From the IMG/VR virus record IMGVR_UViG_3300038608_000013, positions 1-43,693 of that record: a DNA stretch of 43,693 nt. One strand, 5' to 3'. Shown in pieces: positions 25,648 to 35,175 of the stretch (the stretch's first letter is position 1; each line of letters starts with the position of its first letter). Under the pieces are notes generated by a model. That model had not been told where the DNA came from and ran no database searches. It saw only the letters and a program-made list of their open reading frames with translations. The DNA comes from a virus. Taxonomy: Duplodnaviria; Caudoviricetes. The position numbers and the translations under genes are program-made.

Positions 25648-25659
25648 GTGGTGCTGAAA

Positions 25660-25875
25660 ATGTCGGATGAACTTGCTGTGTGCCCTTGCGGGCAGATACC
25701 AGAAAAATTGACTGTTGCCGAGGCTGCGTCCGGGGGTAAGTGGGCGACGGTGAACGGTTACTGCTGCGGCGAGTGGAATATAGAATTTCGCACGAACTAT
25801 ACCAAAATCGGCTCAGAGGAAAACAATTGGCTAGCGCGCCAGGCGTGGAATGCTGCGCCGAGGGGCAATAAATAA
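25660..25875 (+). CDS. Lar-like Zn-binding protein
   Basis: L..CPCG...CCG...A..AWN. Confidence 0.5.
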   Translation: MSDELAVCPCGQIPEKLTVAEAASGGKWATVNGYCCGEWNIEFRTNYTKIGSEENNWLARQAWNAAPRGNK

Positions 25876-26279
25876 TGGCGGCGTTAACCGATACGCTTGC
25901 CGCCGTGGACTGGGCCGGATGGGTGTTCATTGCCCTGATAGCAATCGGCGGCGCGTACCTCCTGCGGCTCGACAGAGATGACAGCACATTCCGGCTGGTT
26001 GATCTGATTTCGGACGCTGATGGAAAAGCTTATTCCCCGTCGCTAACCTATGTCGGATGCTTCCTTGTCGGGTCGTGGCTGTGTTGGTACCTCGCGCTTA
26101 CCGGGCAGTACGCTGAGTCAGCGGCAACATTCGCCGCGATGATGGCCGGGTTCGTTGCGGGATCAGTGTTCCGGGGGCACACGGCATCGAAGGAACGGAC
26201 GGCGGCTATTAACGCGGATCGACCGATAGCCGAGCCGCAACCCGGAACGACAACCACCACGGAGCGCACAGTCCCGTGA
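25875..26279 (+). CDS. Putative holin (three TM segments)
   Basis: Three hydrophobic segments and a hydrophilic tail; DLISDADGKAYS. Confidence 0.5.
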   Translation: MAALTDTLAAVDWAGWVFIALIAIGGAYLLRLDRDDSTFRLVDLISDADGKAYSPSLTYVGCFLVGSWLCWYLALTGQYAESAATFAAMMAGFVAGSVFRGHTASKERTAAINADRPIAEPQPGTTTTTERTVP

Positions 26280-26368
26280 GCTTTCAGCCTATCGGCGGTG
26301 AGTCTATCGAGGTTTCGGTCGCTGTACCGGCGTAGCGAATCAGCGACCACTAATCTGCGGAGGATGGT

Positions 26369-26743
26369 ATGGACAAACATGAGTGCAATCCCCCGGCTGA
26401 AGCCGTGGGGAGGGTCAAGCACCCGACCATCGATAAGTTGCGCTCTGCTGCCGCGAGAACAACGCGAGTGAACGTTGATGTCGCATTGTTGTGCGAGGCC
26501 GCGCTTGAGGCGTCGGCGTGGGTAGAAGTGTTGACGGCGGAAGTTGATCGACTGAATGCGAGCCGTGATCTGGTGCGCGACCGCCTTGATTGGCTGATGT
26601 GCAAAATTCCACGGCATGTATCTCTGGCTCTGTATGGTGTAGATGGCGAAACCGGTACCATGGCGGAGTGGCTAGAAAAGCTCGACGCTGCTGCAGGAAT
26701 CAACAAGCGGGCAATCTCAAGACCCTCTGTGAGGGCATACTGA
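26369..26743 (+). CDS. Hypothetical protein
   Basis: GGAGG RBS, 124 aa. Confidence 0.5.
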   Translation: MDKHECNPPAEAVGRVKHPTIDKLRSAAARTTRVNVDVALLCEAALEASAWVEVLTAEVDRLNASRDLVRDRLDWLMCKIPRHVSLALYGVDGETGTMAEWLEKLDAAAGINKRAISRPSVRAY

Positions 26744-27058
26744 TGGACAAACTTAAACCAATTGCACGCTACACCCTGCTCGCCGCCGCTACGGTACTGG
26801 GCTGGCTTGTCATCGCAGCCAATGGCGCATCGTATAGGCTGGCCCGGTTGCAGGCCGCCGCGCTAATACGGAGGGAGTTATTGAGATGACTCCCGTACCG
26901 CTGCGCAATCTGCTGTCCGAGATTATCGACAGCCACGCGGACCCGGACAACCCGGATTACAACCAGTGCGATATTGACCCATGCGCGTGGTGTGAGTCGG
27001 CCAAGGCGCATATAGCCGCGATGGATGAGAATCCGCCGCCGTGCCGAGTGACAGAAGA

Positions 27059-27481
27059 ATGAAACGCCGCCTAGTCCTGCGCGATACCAAAAGCCGTGAT
27101 ATTGCTTCGGCCTTTATCGCGTCGCTGCCAGTATCTGCTGATATGCCGCTAGAGGTAATTGTTGCCACATACCGCAAACGGCGCAGCTTGGCACAAAACA
27201 ACTGTTTACACGGCTGGATGCAGGCTATCGCCAACGCTTACGAAGAATCGCACGGGGACCGGATTCCTCCGGCAGCATGGAAGGAATATTTCAAGGGATT
27301 GTTCTTGGGCGAACAGAGCGTCGAGGTCATGGGCAAGATAGTCACGACAACGCGCAGCACGTCCGACCTGCCGGTGGTTGAGTTTCGGGATATGCTTGAT
27401 GCAATCGACCGATGGGCGGTGGAGCACCTGTTTTTGTCACTGCCGCGTGGGCCAGAATACGATGAGGCAATGGGATCGTGA
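27059..27481 (+). CDS. ninB: NinB/YbcN-family recombination protein
   Basis: RKRRSLAQNNCLHGW...WKEYFK...RSTSDL.V.EF. Confidence 0.8.
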   Translation: MKRRLVLRDTKSRDIASAFIASLPVSADMPLEVIVATYRKRRSLAQNNCLHGWMQAIANAYEESHGDRIPPAAWKEYFKGLFLGEQSVEVMGKIVTTTRSTSDLPVVEFRDMLDAIDRWAVEHLFLSLPRGPEYDEAMGS

Positions 27482-27530
27482 AAGGCCGTAGCGAACTGGA
27501 TGGCTAAAATAAACTTTTGGGGTCGGAGAT

Positions 27531-27821
27531 ATGCTGGCTAGTCGCGCGCCTACAGCCGCCGAGAAGGCGCATATGGCATCCGTGGCCGCTCTTGGGTGTA
27601 TCGTTTGCCGCCGGGAGTGGGGAGTGTACAGCCCTGCCGCTATCCACCACATATCGGGCAAGACGAAGCCGGGCGCGCATTTCAAGGTTCTGCCCCTGTG
27701 CGGCAGCCACCATCAGACCGGCGGATATGGGGTGGCGCTACATGCGGGCCGGGCTGAGTGGGAGCGGCGGTATGGTACGCAGGTTGAGCTGATGGCGGAG
27801 ATTGAGCGCATAGGAAACTAG
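27531..27821 (+). CDS. Ref-like HNH-fold protein
   Basis: VAALGCIVC..IHH..VLPLCGSHHQ..H..W...YGT. Confidence 0.75.
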   Translation: MLASRAPTAAEKAHMASVAALGCIVCRREWGVYSPAAIHHISGKTKPGAHFKVLPLCGSHHQTGGYGVALHAGRAEWERRYGTQVELMAEIERIGN

Positions 27822-28026
27822 CCGTTTGTATGCATGTATACTCGGACGTGTATAGAAATTGAGGTGGTTTAATGTCATTGGCAACGGTGATTATATTTGC
27901 AAGCGCGGCCGTTGAGGCCGGGTTGGTAATTTACGACCCATCGTCCAGGTTCGAATGGTTTGTGCTGGGGTTTGCAATTGGTTTAGGCGTGGCATCGTTG
28001 GTGCTTGATGTCGTGTGGAGAGAGGC

Positions 28027-28245
28027 ATGAAAAAGCTTCGCATGACAATCGAGCTAGAGTACGATCCGGAGCACATGTACGGGCCAGACGGCGAGCAGTG
28101 GGCTTTCTTCGAGGAGGTGCTGGGCGCCGATAGCGGGCTGGCGCTTACGTCCATGCTGTTGGGTGGCGACATCGTTGGGCCGGTACAGGTTATCAGCGCA
28201 GTGGAGGTGGTGGATGGGCATGAGCACACACAAAATCAAGGGTGA
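28027..28245 (+). CDS. Hypothetical protein
   Basis: GGAG/GAGG RBS. Confidence 0.5.
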   Translation: MKKLRMTIELEYDPEHMYGPDGEQWAFFEEVLGADSGLALTSMLLGGDIVGPVQVISAVEVVDGHEHTQNQG

Positions 28246-28495
28246 GGACAGATACTATTGTCGCGAGGTCAAGGCCGAGCGCGATAAACTGCGAGCTGAG
28301 GTCGAACGGCTCAAGCAGGATATTCCCGAAGCCTACAGGGCGGCGTACTTTCATGTGGCCGAACGGTGCGTGCAGATAGCCGACGAGCACGCTTCGGTTG
28401 AGGGCATCGCACAGCGGATAAGTGCCGCGATATGCGATGAGTTTGGGTTGGGTTACGGTGCGGCACCGCCGGAATTTGGGTTGGGGGAATCGTGA
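28220..28495 (+). CDS. Hypothetical protein
   Basis: GGAGG upstream; coupled to the next gene. Confidence 0.45.
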   Translation: MSTHKIKGEDRYYCREVKAERDKLRAEVERLKQDIPEAYRAAYFHVAERCVQIADEHASVEGIAQRISAAICDEFGLGYGAAPPEFGLGES

Positions 28496-28695
28496 GCGCG
28501 ATATGTCGGCACTGCGGAAAGCCGGGAGTTGCTCATCATGCGTTCGAGCCGCTTGGCAGGCCAGCCGGATGCGTGTGTTATTCCCCGACTGAGAAATATA
28601 ACCCGATATGCGACGAATACACCGGCCACAACGTGTGGTTGTACTGCACATATTGCAAGCACGATGAGGCCTGCCATAACGAGGTGGCGAAATGA
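28492..28695 (+). CDS. Cys/His-rich small protein
   Basis: CRHC...C.C...CTYCKH..ACH. Confidence 0.5.
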   Translation: MSAICRHCGKPGVAHHAFEPLGRPAGCVCYSPTEKYNPICDEYTGHNVWLYCTYCKHDEACHNEVAK

Positions 28696-29123
28696 TGGGG
28701 ACAAAAATAGCCGCAGCCATCGCGCTGCTGCTCGCCATATCCGGCTGGGGGCTGTACAAGCAGATAGCCGCGAACGGTAGTCTGAAAAAGCAGATTGAAC
28801 AGCGCGAGCAGCAATTGCGGGACGCGACAAGCCGCATTGACGAACTGGGCGCCGACATCAAGGCGCGGGACGAAGCAAGCAAAAAATTGCAGGCCGCTTA
28901 TGCAAAGCTACAAGATACGAAAGCACAGGTTCAAACCGTGGTCCGCAAGGTATATATCCAGCCTGACGTACAGCCGTGGGCGGATACTGTCCCGCCGGCT
29001 GCTGTGGTTGATGCTATTGGTAGCGGTATTGCCTGCCTGTGGAAGTCAGCGGACGGTGGAGGTAACGCGGACTATAGTGCTGTCACCGCCAGCCGAGACA
29101 ATGGCGGACTGCCCGCGCCCTGA
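28692..29123 (+). CDS. i-spanin (Rz-like)
   Basis: N-terminal TM, long coiled coil, WADT.PP.AV motif. Confidence 0.75.
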   Translation: MMGTKIAAAIALLLAISGWGLYKQIAANGSLKKQIEQREQQLRDATSRIDELGADIKARDEASKKLQAAYAKLQDTKAQVQTVVRKVYIQPDVQPWADTVPPAAVVDAIGSGIACLWKSADGGGNADYSAVTASRDNGGLPAP

Positions 29124-29271
29124 CGTGGATCTGAGTCGCAACAGCGCGATCACGGATAGCCTGTTAGCGGCGCACGCGGCTTTGATACAATGCACATTGA
29201 CAAAGCGCGCGGCTCGGGCGTATATCGAGGATGCCGGGCGCAGGTTGGCGAATGGCAAAGACTCCCATTGA
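29011..29271 (+). CDS. o-spanin (Rz1-like lipoprotein)
   Basis: Overlaps Rz in another frame; lipobox LPAC, PP...DCPRP...L.QC. Start uncertain. Confidence 0.7.
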   Translation: MLLVAVLPACGSQRTVEVTRTIVLSPPAETMADCPRPDVDLSRNSAITDSLLAAHAALIQCTLTKRAARAYIEDAGRRLANGKDSH

Positions 29272-29314
29272 GTTTTGTGCTAGTTTAGCGTTGTAGCGGA
29301 TCGAGGGCTTTGAC

Positions 29315-29956
29315 ATGGCATTATTCGATGGGTTTCGCAGCATGAGTCCACGCCTTCAACAGCAAGGGTACAAGAGCCCGTGGACGTACTTGCGTGATAT
29401 AGCGCAACAGCAGTCTCCACAGCAGTTCTCCGGCTATCCATCGGGGTTCAATGCGCCACCGGCCCCTAATTATGCGCCTCGCCCCGCCCAGCAGCCGGCA
29501 TATCCGGCAGCGGCCCCAAGTTTTACGCCCCCTGGAAGTGGTACTTTGCCGTCAGCGTGGTATAGCCGACCGCTGCCGCAGAACAAGTACAATCTGGCTC
29601 CGGGTCAGTCGGGGTCTGCTTACGATATAGGTGGTGGGCGCACACTCTACACCGGCGGCGCTCAATCCAAAACTTCGCTGGCGCGCGGGAATCTCCGGCG
29701 GATGAAATCGCAACTGGATCAGATGCGCGGAGGGCTTGGTGTCCAATATGATCCCAGCCAGTTTTCAGACAACCTGAACTATTACCTGAATAACCGCGTG
29801 TTTGGGTATAACAATTGGACTCCTGAGCGCCAAAATGAATATCTAGGCCGGCTGGGTGGATGGCGTGAGCTTGAGTCGGCGCGTCGTGCGGCAAGTCCTG
29901 AATATGCGCAGTTGTCACAGCAATACGCATCGGCTCCGCGTGGGATAATCAGATAA
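29315..29956 (+). CDS. Low-complexity Q/P/G/Y-rich protein
   Basis: 213 aa, GAGG RBS, converges on the late operon. Confidence 0.6.
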   Translation: MALFDGFRSMSPRLQQQGYKSPWTYLRDIAQQQSPQQFSGYPSGFNAPPAPNYAPRPAQQPAYPAAAPSFTPPGSGTLPSAWYSRPLPQNKYNLAPGQSGSAYDIGGGRTLYTGGAQSKTSLARGNLRRMKSQLDQMRGGLGVQYDPSQFSDNLNYYLNNRVFGYNNWTPERQNEYLGRLGGWRELESARRAASPEYAQLSQQYASAPRGIIR

Positions 29957-29959
29957 GGC

Positions 29960-32644
29960 TTATTCCTCGCCTTCCTCGCCGTTGACGCCAAACAACCATG
30001 TCCGCGTCTGACGCATTCTCGCCGCATCCGAGCCTTTCTTGGCTGTGGCTGGCATGGTGAGCATTTCCTTGTACACCTTCTCGTCCATAATCGCTGCGAT
30101 GATAGCGTCGCGGGACTTGTCGGCTTTGGATAGGACTTTATTCGCAAGCGTCTTGCCTTCTTGCGCAAAGATCCCCGGCGTTTGAATATCCCCGCGTGAT
30201 GGGCTGAGTTTAGCCGCCTTGGCCCCAAGAACTTGCAGAGCGCGTGTCAGGAAGCGGTTTTGCGGATCGTCGATGATATGCTTCGGTCCAACCGGCGTCT
30301 CGATTCGCTCCAGTTCTCGGGCGACACGATCCAGTCTGGCGCGCTCTGGTGTCCCAAGCTCTACCCCATCCAAAGCAGCCGCGTACTCCTTGATATTCTT
30401 CTTGAGCGCCTTCGATGTCATTACCCCATCGATCGTGCTCTTGTCGAGGATATGCTGAATAGTGTTCGCCTGAAGCCCCTGACGCGCCCTTTGGTCTTTT
30501 CCCATCTTGGAATAGAGCTTGCGCATGGTCTTGTACTGCGTTCTGCTAGCCATAGCCGATTCAATCTCTTGTCCGGGATCGGAATCAAGATACAGCGCGG
30601 AAACGGATTTTTTGCGGTTTAGAAGCCCCTTTGAAACAGCGGCGTTAAGTTCGCCCGCTTGGTCATAGAGCCGTTGCGCCTCGCCAGCGTTGGATAGCTG
30701 TTCCCGCAGCAAGGGGAAACGTTTGAGTACTTCGGCATACTTCGGGGTGCCAAGAAACCGCTTGACCGCTGCCGGCACCGCTTTCCCCTGCTCGAATACC
30801 AGGTTCAAGAACTCCGTTTTCACGAAGTCCTCAACCTGCTTCAAGGTTTCCGGCGATGCGCGCTCCAGCCGATCGATATTGTCGGCAACCACTTCTCGGC
30901 TGCCAGAGAACAGAGACCGTATCGTAGCGTCTGGCGGGATAGCTGCATCTCCAGTCCGCTCATAGCCTAAAATACGGCCAACCGGGCCCTGCCGGAAGGT
31001 CTTGTTCAGTTCAGCCGATACCGCCCGCGCTTCCGCCGTTCCTGCGGCACCGGATGCCGTCAGATCATCGAGCAGGGCTTCCTGCATCTTGTTCAGAAGC
31101 CGCAATTTATTGCCGTTCGGGGCATCTTTTGCCGCTTCGGCTCGCGCTTCGCTCAAGATAGAGCTTCGGAAACCCAGCAAATCCTTGATATTCCGTTCCG
31201 CCGTAGGTTGTTCACCCGCAGCTACACGGCGCTCCAGCCATTGTGCGGCAATTTCGGATTTGTCGAACTTTGGCGGGAACGTGCTGGAAAATTCGTCGAA
31301 CGTCTGATCAAAAGCGCCTGATTGTGCTTTCTTGTACGCCTGCACCCGCTTCTCAAGCCAGGACGGCATGATCTCAGCACGATTTACATCAGCACCAAGG
31401 CTCGCTTCAAATTCATCAAACGCACCGACTGCATTGTCATATTTTGCCGGGACGGCTTTATCGACCTTCGCCCATGCGGCATCTTCCTGAATCTTTTTCT
31501 GCTCAAGAGCGGTGTCAAGGTTCTGTCTGGCCTGTGTCCCGACTTCGCGCAATTCAGCGGGTTCTCCGATTACCCGCAGGGCGTTTTCGGATTCTTCGCC
31601 AAGCCGTGCGGCTTCTTGCGCCCTGCGTCCGACCAGCTTGCGCCTGCGGGCGGTTAAGGCGCTGCGCACATCTTCGGTATCGCCTTCTAGCCTGCTCAAG
31701 GGGATCTCACGCGCCATCCGCTGTGCATCTTGCCTTATCGTCTCAAGCCTGGCGGCAATAGCCGGATCACCCTCTGCCATAGCCCGCTCAATGCCTACGG
31801 TCTCCGGTGATCCTATGCGTTGCCCAATGGACATGGGCAGCATGTTAGGGCCTTGCATGGCCGCTAGCGCCGCCTCAGGGTCTCCAGCGGCCTGTTGCAG
31901 TCTGGCAGCGGCTCGGCCTTCGCTGAGCACGGGATCACGCATTCCATGGATAAGATCGCGGCCACGGCCAACCGTTTGTTTGGCGGCAAAGCTAGCCAAT
32001 CTCGCAGTAGGTCCGGACAATGCCATCGGGGCGGCAAGTCCGCCCAAAACCTCAAGCGCGGCTTGTGAATATGGGCTTTCCGGGTAATCGCTGGCGGCAT
32101 ATTCTCCGCCAGCAGCCGCCCCACCAGCACCCAAGGCTTCGGCGGTTGCGGTCACTGCGGGGCGTTGTGCCGTGGATAGCGCCATCTTCTGAAGCATGTT
32201 GGGTGCTACTGCGCCTGCGCCAGCCGCCAGCTTTTTACCCCAACCCAGCATCCCAAGATAGGGCACAGCACCGGCCCCAAGAAACTCAGATGCCCTGTCA
32301 ACAAAGCCTTCTGGCGGGACGCCGGGTTCTCTGGCGAGACCAACGTCGGCCATCGCATCGCGCGCTTTATATCCCCAGCCTTCTTCTTCTGGTCGCCCAA
32401 GCGATACCCCAGCGGTAGCGAGCATTTCAGCCAAGCCGGCAATAGAAGAAACGCCCGTACCAAAGCCCTTTAGCGCCTTCGCACCGATGCCTTCGGGTTT
32501 TTGTGGCGCTTCCTGTTGTTCTTGCGGTACAGCATCGCGCTCCGCCCTGATCTTGGCTACACGGGCGCGCAATTCTTCCTCGGGTGCATCGTCGGGCACG
32601 TTCCGGATGACAATCCCGTCTTTTGTTTCCAGATCATACGGCAT
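29960..32644 (-). CDS. Large internal virion / DNA ejection protein
   Basis: 894 aa, Ala-rich helical, last gene of the structural operon. Confidence 0.65.
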   Translation of the reverse strand: MPYDLETKDGIVIRNVPDDAPEEELRARVAKIRAERDAVPQEQQEAPQKPEGIGAKALKGFGTGVSSIAGLAEMLATAGVSLGRPEEEGWGYKARDAMADVGLAREPGVPPEGFVDRASEFLGAGAVPYLGMLGWGKKLAAGAGAVAPNMLQKMALSTAQRPAVTATAEALGAGGAAAGGEYAASDYPESPYSQAALEVLGGLAAPMALSGPTARLASFAAKQTVGRGRDLIHGMRDPVLSEGRAAARLQQAAGDPEAALAAMQGPNMLPMSIGQRIGSPETVGIERAMAEGDPAIAARLETIRQDAQRMAREIPLSRLEGDTEDVRSALTARRRKLVGRRAQEAARLGEESENALRVIGEPAELREVGTQARQNLDTALEQKKIQEDAAWAKVDKAVPAKYDNAVGAFDEFEASLGADVNRAEIMPSWLEKRVQAYKKAQSGAFDQTFDEFSSTFPPKFDKSEIAAQWLERRVAAGEQPTAERNIKDLLGFRSSILSEARAEAAKDAPNGNKLRLLNKMQEALLDDLTASGAAGTAEARAVSAELNKTFRQGPVGRILGYERTGDAAIPPDATIRSLFSGSREVVADNIDRLERASPETLKQVEDFVKTEFLNLVFEQGKAVPAAVKRFLGTPKYAEVLKRFPLLREQLSNAGEAQRLYDQAGELNAAVSKGLLNRKKSVSALYLDSDPGQEIESAMASRTQYKTMRKLYSKMGKDQRARQGLQANTIQHILDKSTIDGVMTSKALKKNIKEYAAALDGVELGTPERARLDRVARELERIETPVGPKHIIDDPQNRFLTRALQVLGAKAAKLSPSRGDIQTPGIFAQEGKTLANKVLSKADKSRDAIIAAIMDEKVYKEMLTMPATAKKGSDAARMRQTRTWLFGVNGEEGEE

Positions 32645-33873
32645 TAGTAGTCAACCACGATTTTGCGATTACCACTAGACTGCGCTGGTCTTCCTGCTTT
32701 TCTTTCCTTCCCCGGTAACGGCTGAGACAGCATATCGAACAGAGCGGATATCCCCACCGCTTGCCGATAGGCGTCAACAGCAACCTGCTTAGGTGTATTC
32801 GGATCTTGATAGGTTGCCATCGCCGCATCAAACGCTTGGCGGAGATTGTTAGTCATGTCCGTTAACACGTTCTGCGCCCGGTCGGGATTCTCAAGGATTC
32901 CAGTCTCCGGTAGCCCTTCCATTGCCAGCCCAAGATATAGATTCGAGCGACCGCCAGGAATCTTGTTCAGCTCGACAAGATTGGCGCGCATAGCGCGGTA
33001 TCGCGATCGCGCTGCATCCCGTTCTTCATTTGAACCACCTTTGCCAAGGAACGGGGCAAGAAGCGGAGCGACGTTCTTGGATATCATTTCTTTGACGCGC
33101 GGCCCCGGCCCCAATTGCCCGGCTATTGCCTCAATGTTCCCGCTGACGGCCTCTTGGTTGTTCGGCAATGAAACACCGCCACCTTGGCCTTCACTAGCAG
33201 GAAGCATCTGGATATCGGTTCCAGCAGGTCCAATCTCATAAATCCCCGTAGGCATTCCACGGTCATTCGTGAGCACACCGTATTTCTGGCTTGGCGGTCT
33301 CGGCGGAGCAAAGCGCGGGCCTTCCCCAACGACTTCCATGCGCCGCGTCTCGGGATTCCACTGCTTCTGCTGCTTCCTGTCGCCCGATATGATGTCTTGC
33401 ACGGCAGGCGGGGCTTTCACTTGGTCTTTGTATGCCATCGACTGCTCATAGGCAAGGCCCCATTCTTTCGGGCTCCACGACAGCATTTCCCGCACGTCTT
33501 CTTCGTCTGCGCCAAACAATGACGCGGCTTGGCCGACCACATTCTGAGCGTGGGCACGAAACTCCATCTCCGGCATTTCCCCGCGCTTCACGCGGGCAAG
33601 CAGCGGCCCCACGTTCTGCACAAGGTAGTCTCGCTGGGCTTGCTCCAGTTTGGCGTCGCCCTCTACATCCTCACGGTACAGCTTTTTGCGTTCATAGGGG
33701 GCGTTCTCCATGTCTAGCAGTCGCTTGAGCCGGGCATCTTCTACTTGAGAGTCTCTATAACGAGCCTCCGCCGCGCGACCGGCGATTTCGGCCTCTGTCG
33801 CGCCCATTTCAGCCTGCGCTTGCTGGTGGCCATAGAATCCAGCCAGCATGGGGTTCTTGTATTCGTATGGCAT
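32644..33873 (-). CDS. Internal virion / ejection protein
   Basis: 409 aa, AAGGAGG RBS, between the pilot and large ejection genes. Confidence 0.6.
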   Translation of the reverse strand: MPYEYKNPMLAGFYGHQQAQAEMGATEAEIAGRAAEARYRDSQVEDARLKRLLDMENAPYERKKLYREDVEGDAKLEQAQRDYLVQNVGPLLARVKRGEMPEMEFRAHAQNVVGQAASLFGADEEDVREMLSWSPKEWGLAYEQSMAYKDQVKAPPAVQDIISGDRKQQKQWNPETRRMEVVGEGPRFAPPRPPSQKYGVLTNDRGMPTGIYEIGPAGTDIQMLPASEGQGGGVSLPNNQEAVSGNIEAIAGQLGPGPRVKEMISKNVAPLLAPFLGKGGSNEERDAARSRYRAMRANLVELNKIPGGRSNLYLGLAMEGLPETGILENPDRAQNVLTDMTNNLRQAFDAAMATYQDPNTPKQVAVDAYRQAVGISALFDMLSQPLPGKERKAGRPAQSSGNRKIVVDY

Positions 33874-33883
33874 TTAGCCTCCT

Positions 33884-34723
33884 TCAGACTACCCGGCTGT
33901 TCCACCAATCATAGGAGCCGCTAAGGTCTCCAAAATCGCTTCCACCGCCCCCTGAACCGCCCCTATTCTTCCACAGACCGCCGACAGTCTCGCCAATCGC
34001 ACCCAGCGTGTCGAGCGTGCCATGGCCCTTGATTTTGCCGGCGGCAAGCAGAGCTTCTGCCGATGCTCCATAATTCGCATCCGATGCGCCGGCCAATCCC
34101 ATCAGCCGGTTCATTTCATTGTCGTAGCGCATGGATTCAAAGTCGCGGCTGTCTTGCATCAATTGCGACAGGCGGTTCACTTCATTGTCGTATTCCGATG
34201 AAGCATAGTCCTGACCATACCGTGTCAACTCCAACAATCGATTTCCGGACCCGAGATAACCCGCCCTTGACGCATTGCGATCAATGGCGGATAGCCCCTC
34301 ATTCAGCCGGAACTGATAGCCCGGCCTTGACGTGATGCTGGAGGGGTCGGTCATCAATGCATTAAGCTGGTCGCCATACAGTCGGGCATTCGCGCCCGCT
34401 TGCCCTTGACCTTCCAGAAACTGATAGCCGGGCAATTGGGCTGTTTGCGATGGATCGGCATACAGGGCGAGCAATTGGTTGCCGAACTGGCTGCGATAGG
34501 CTCCGAATGGGTCAGCGGCTTGTGCGGCTTGCTTTGCCCCTTTCTCGGCCTGTTTCGCTGCGTCCTGAGCGCCGAAGATCCCGCTAATCCCTTGCCCAGC
34601 AGCAACAAGGCCAGGATTCCCAGTAGCGGCCCCATATATCGACAAAGCCGGGCCAGCCAGATCCTTGCCGACATCGACTACCTTGCCGACAACATTCTTG
34701 ACACCCTTGACTATTCCGCCCAT
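33884..34723 (-). CDS. DNA pilot / ejection protein (P22 gp7-like position)
   Basis: Gly/Ala-rich N-terminus; PGYQFRL.EG..A...GSGN.L..L..YGQDYASSEY motif. Confidence 0.7.
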   Translation of the reverse strand: MGGIVKGVKNVVGKVVDVGKDLAGPALSIYGAATGNPGLVAAGQGISGIFGAQDAAKQAEKGAKQAAQAADPFGAYRSQFGNQLLALYADPSQTAQLPGYQFLEGQGQAGANARLYGDQLNALMTDPSSITSRPGYQFRLNEGLSAIDRNASRAGYLGSGNRLLELTRYGQDYASSEYDNEVNRLSQLMQDSRDFESMRYDNEMNRLMGLAGASDANYGASAEALLAAGKIKGHGTLDTLGAIGETVGGLWKNRGGSGGGGSDFGDLSGSYDWWNSRVV

Positions 34724-35175
34724 ACGTCGCTCCGTACAATCCCGTAGCCGTACTCATCGACAAAGCGCCCATCCCGTGTGCAGAATGCGCTACGATATAC
34801 CGCCTCTGGACGCCAGCCACACCGCCTTATCATACTACCGATCCGCTTGTCATGGTGGCGGGTCTCCAGCTTCACAAAGGCTTGCAGACACCTTGCTGTA
34901 ATGGCCCGTACCGCCCGCACCATGTTCCATGTGGAACCCAGGTTAAAGATGTGCGTATCCCCAATCCACGGCGTCTGGCGGCGCAGGAACACATAGGTAT
35001 CGCCATGCTTCAACAGCCATGCCTCTCCGGCGTCTATCTGCCCCTGCATCAACTCCACGATCTGCAAGTCCAGCAGGCCGGGTTCCTGCACCGTCCAGCG
35101 GTCGATATAGGGCAATAGAACGTCTGGCACCCGCTCGATGATCTCGACAAAGGCTGGAATACGCTCGGGCTTCAC
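34711..35175 (-). CDS. GNAT-like virion morphogenesis protein
   Basis: THIF...RRCGWRPEAVYR...DG.F.D..YG; position matches P22 gp14-like genes. Confidence 0.55.
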   Translation of the reverse strand: MKPERIPAFVEIIERVPDVLLPYIDRWTVQEPGLLDLQIVELMQGQIDAGEAWLLKHGDTYVFLRRQTPWIGDTHIFNLGSTWNMVRAVRAITARCLQAFVKLETRHHDKRIGSMIRRCGWRPEAVYRSAFCTRDGRFVDEYGYGIVRSDVWAE

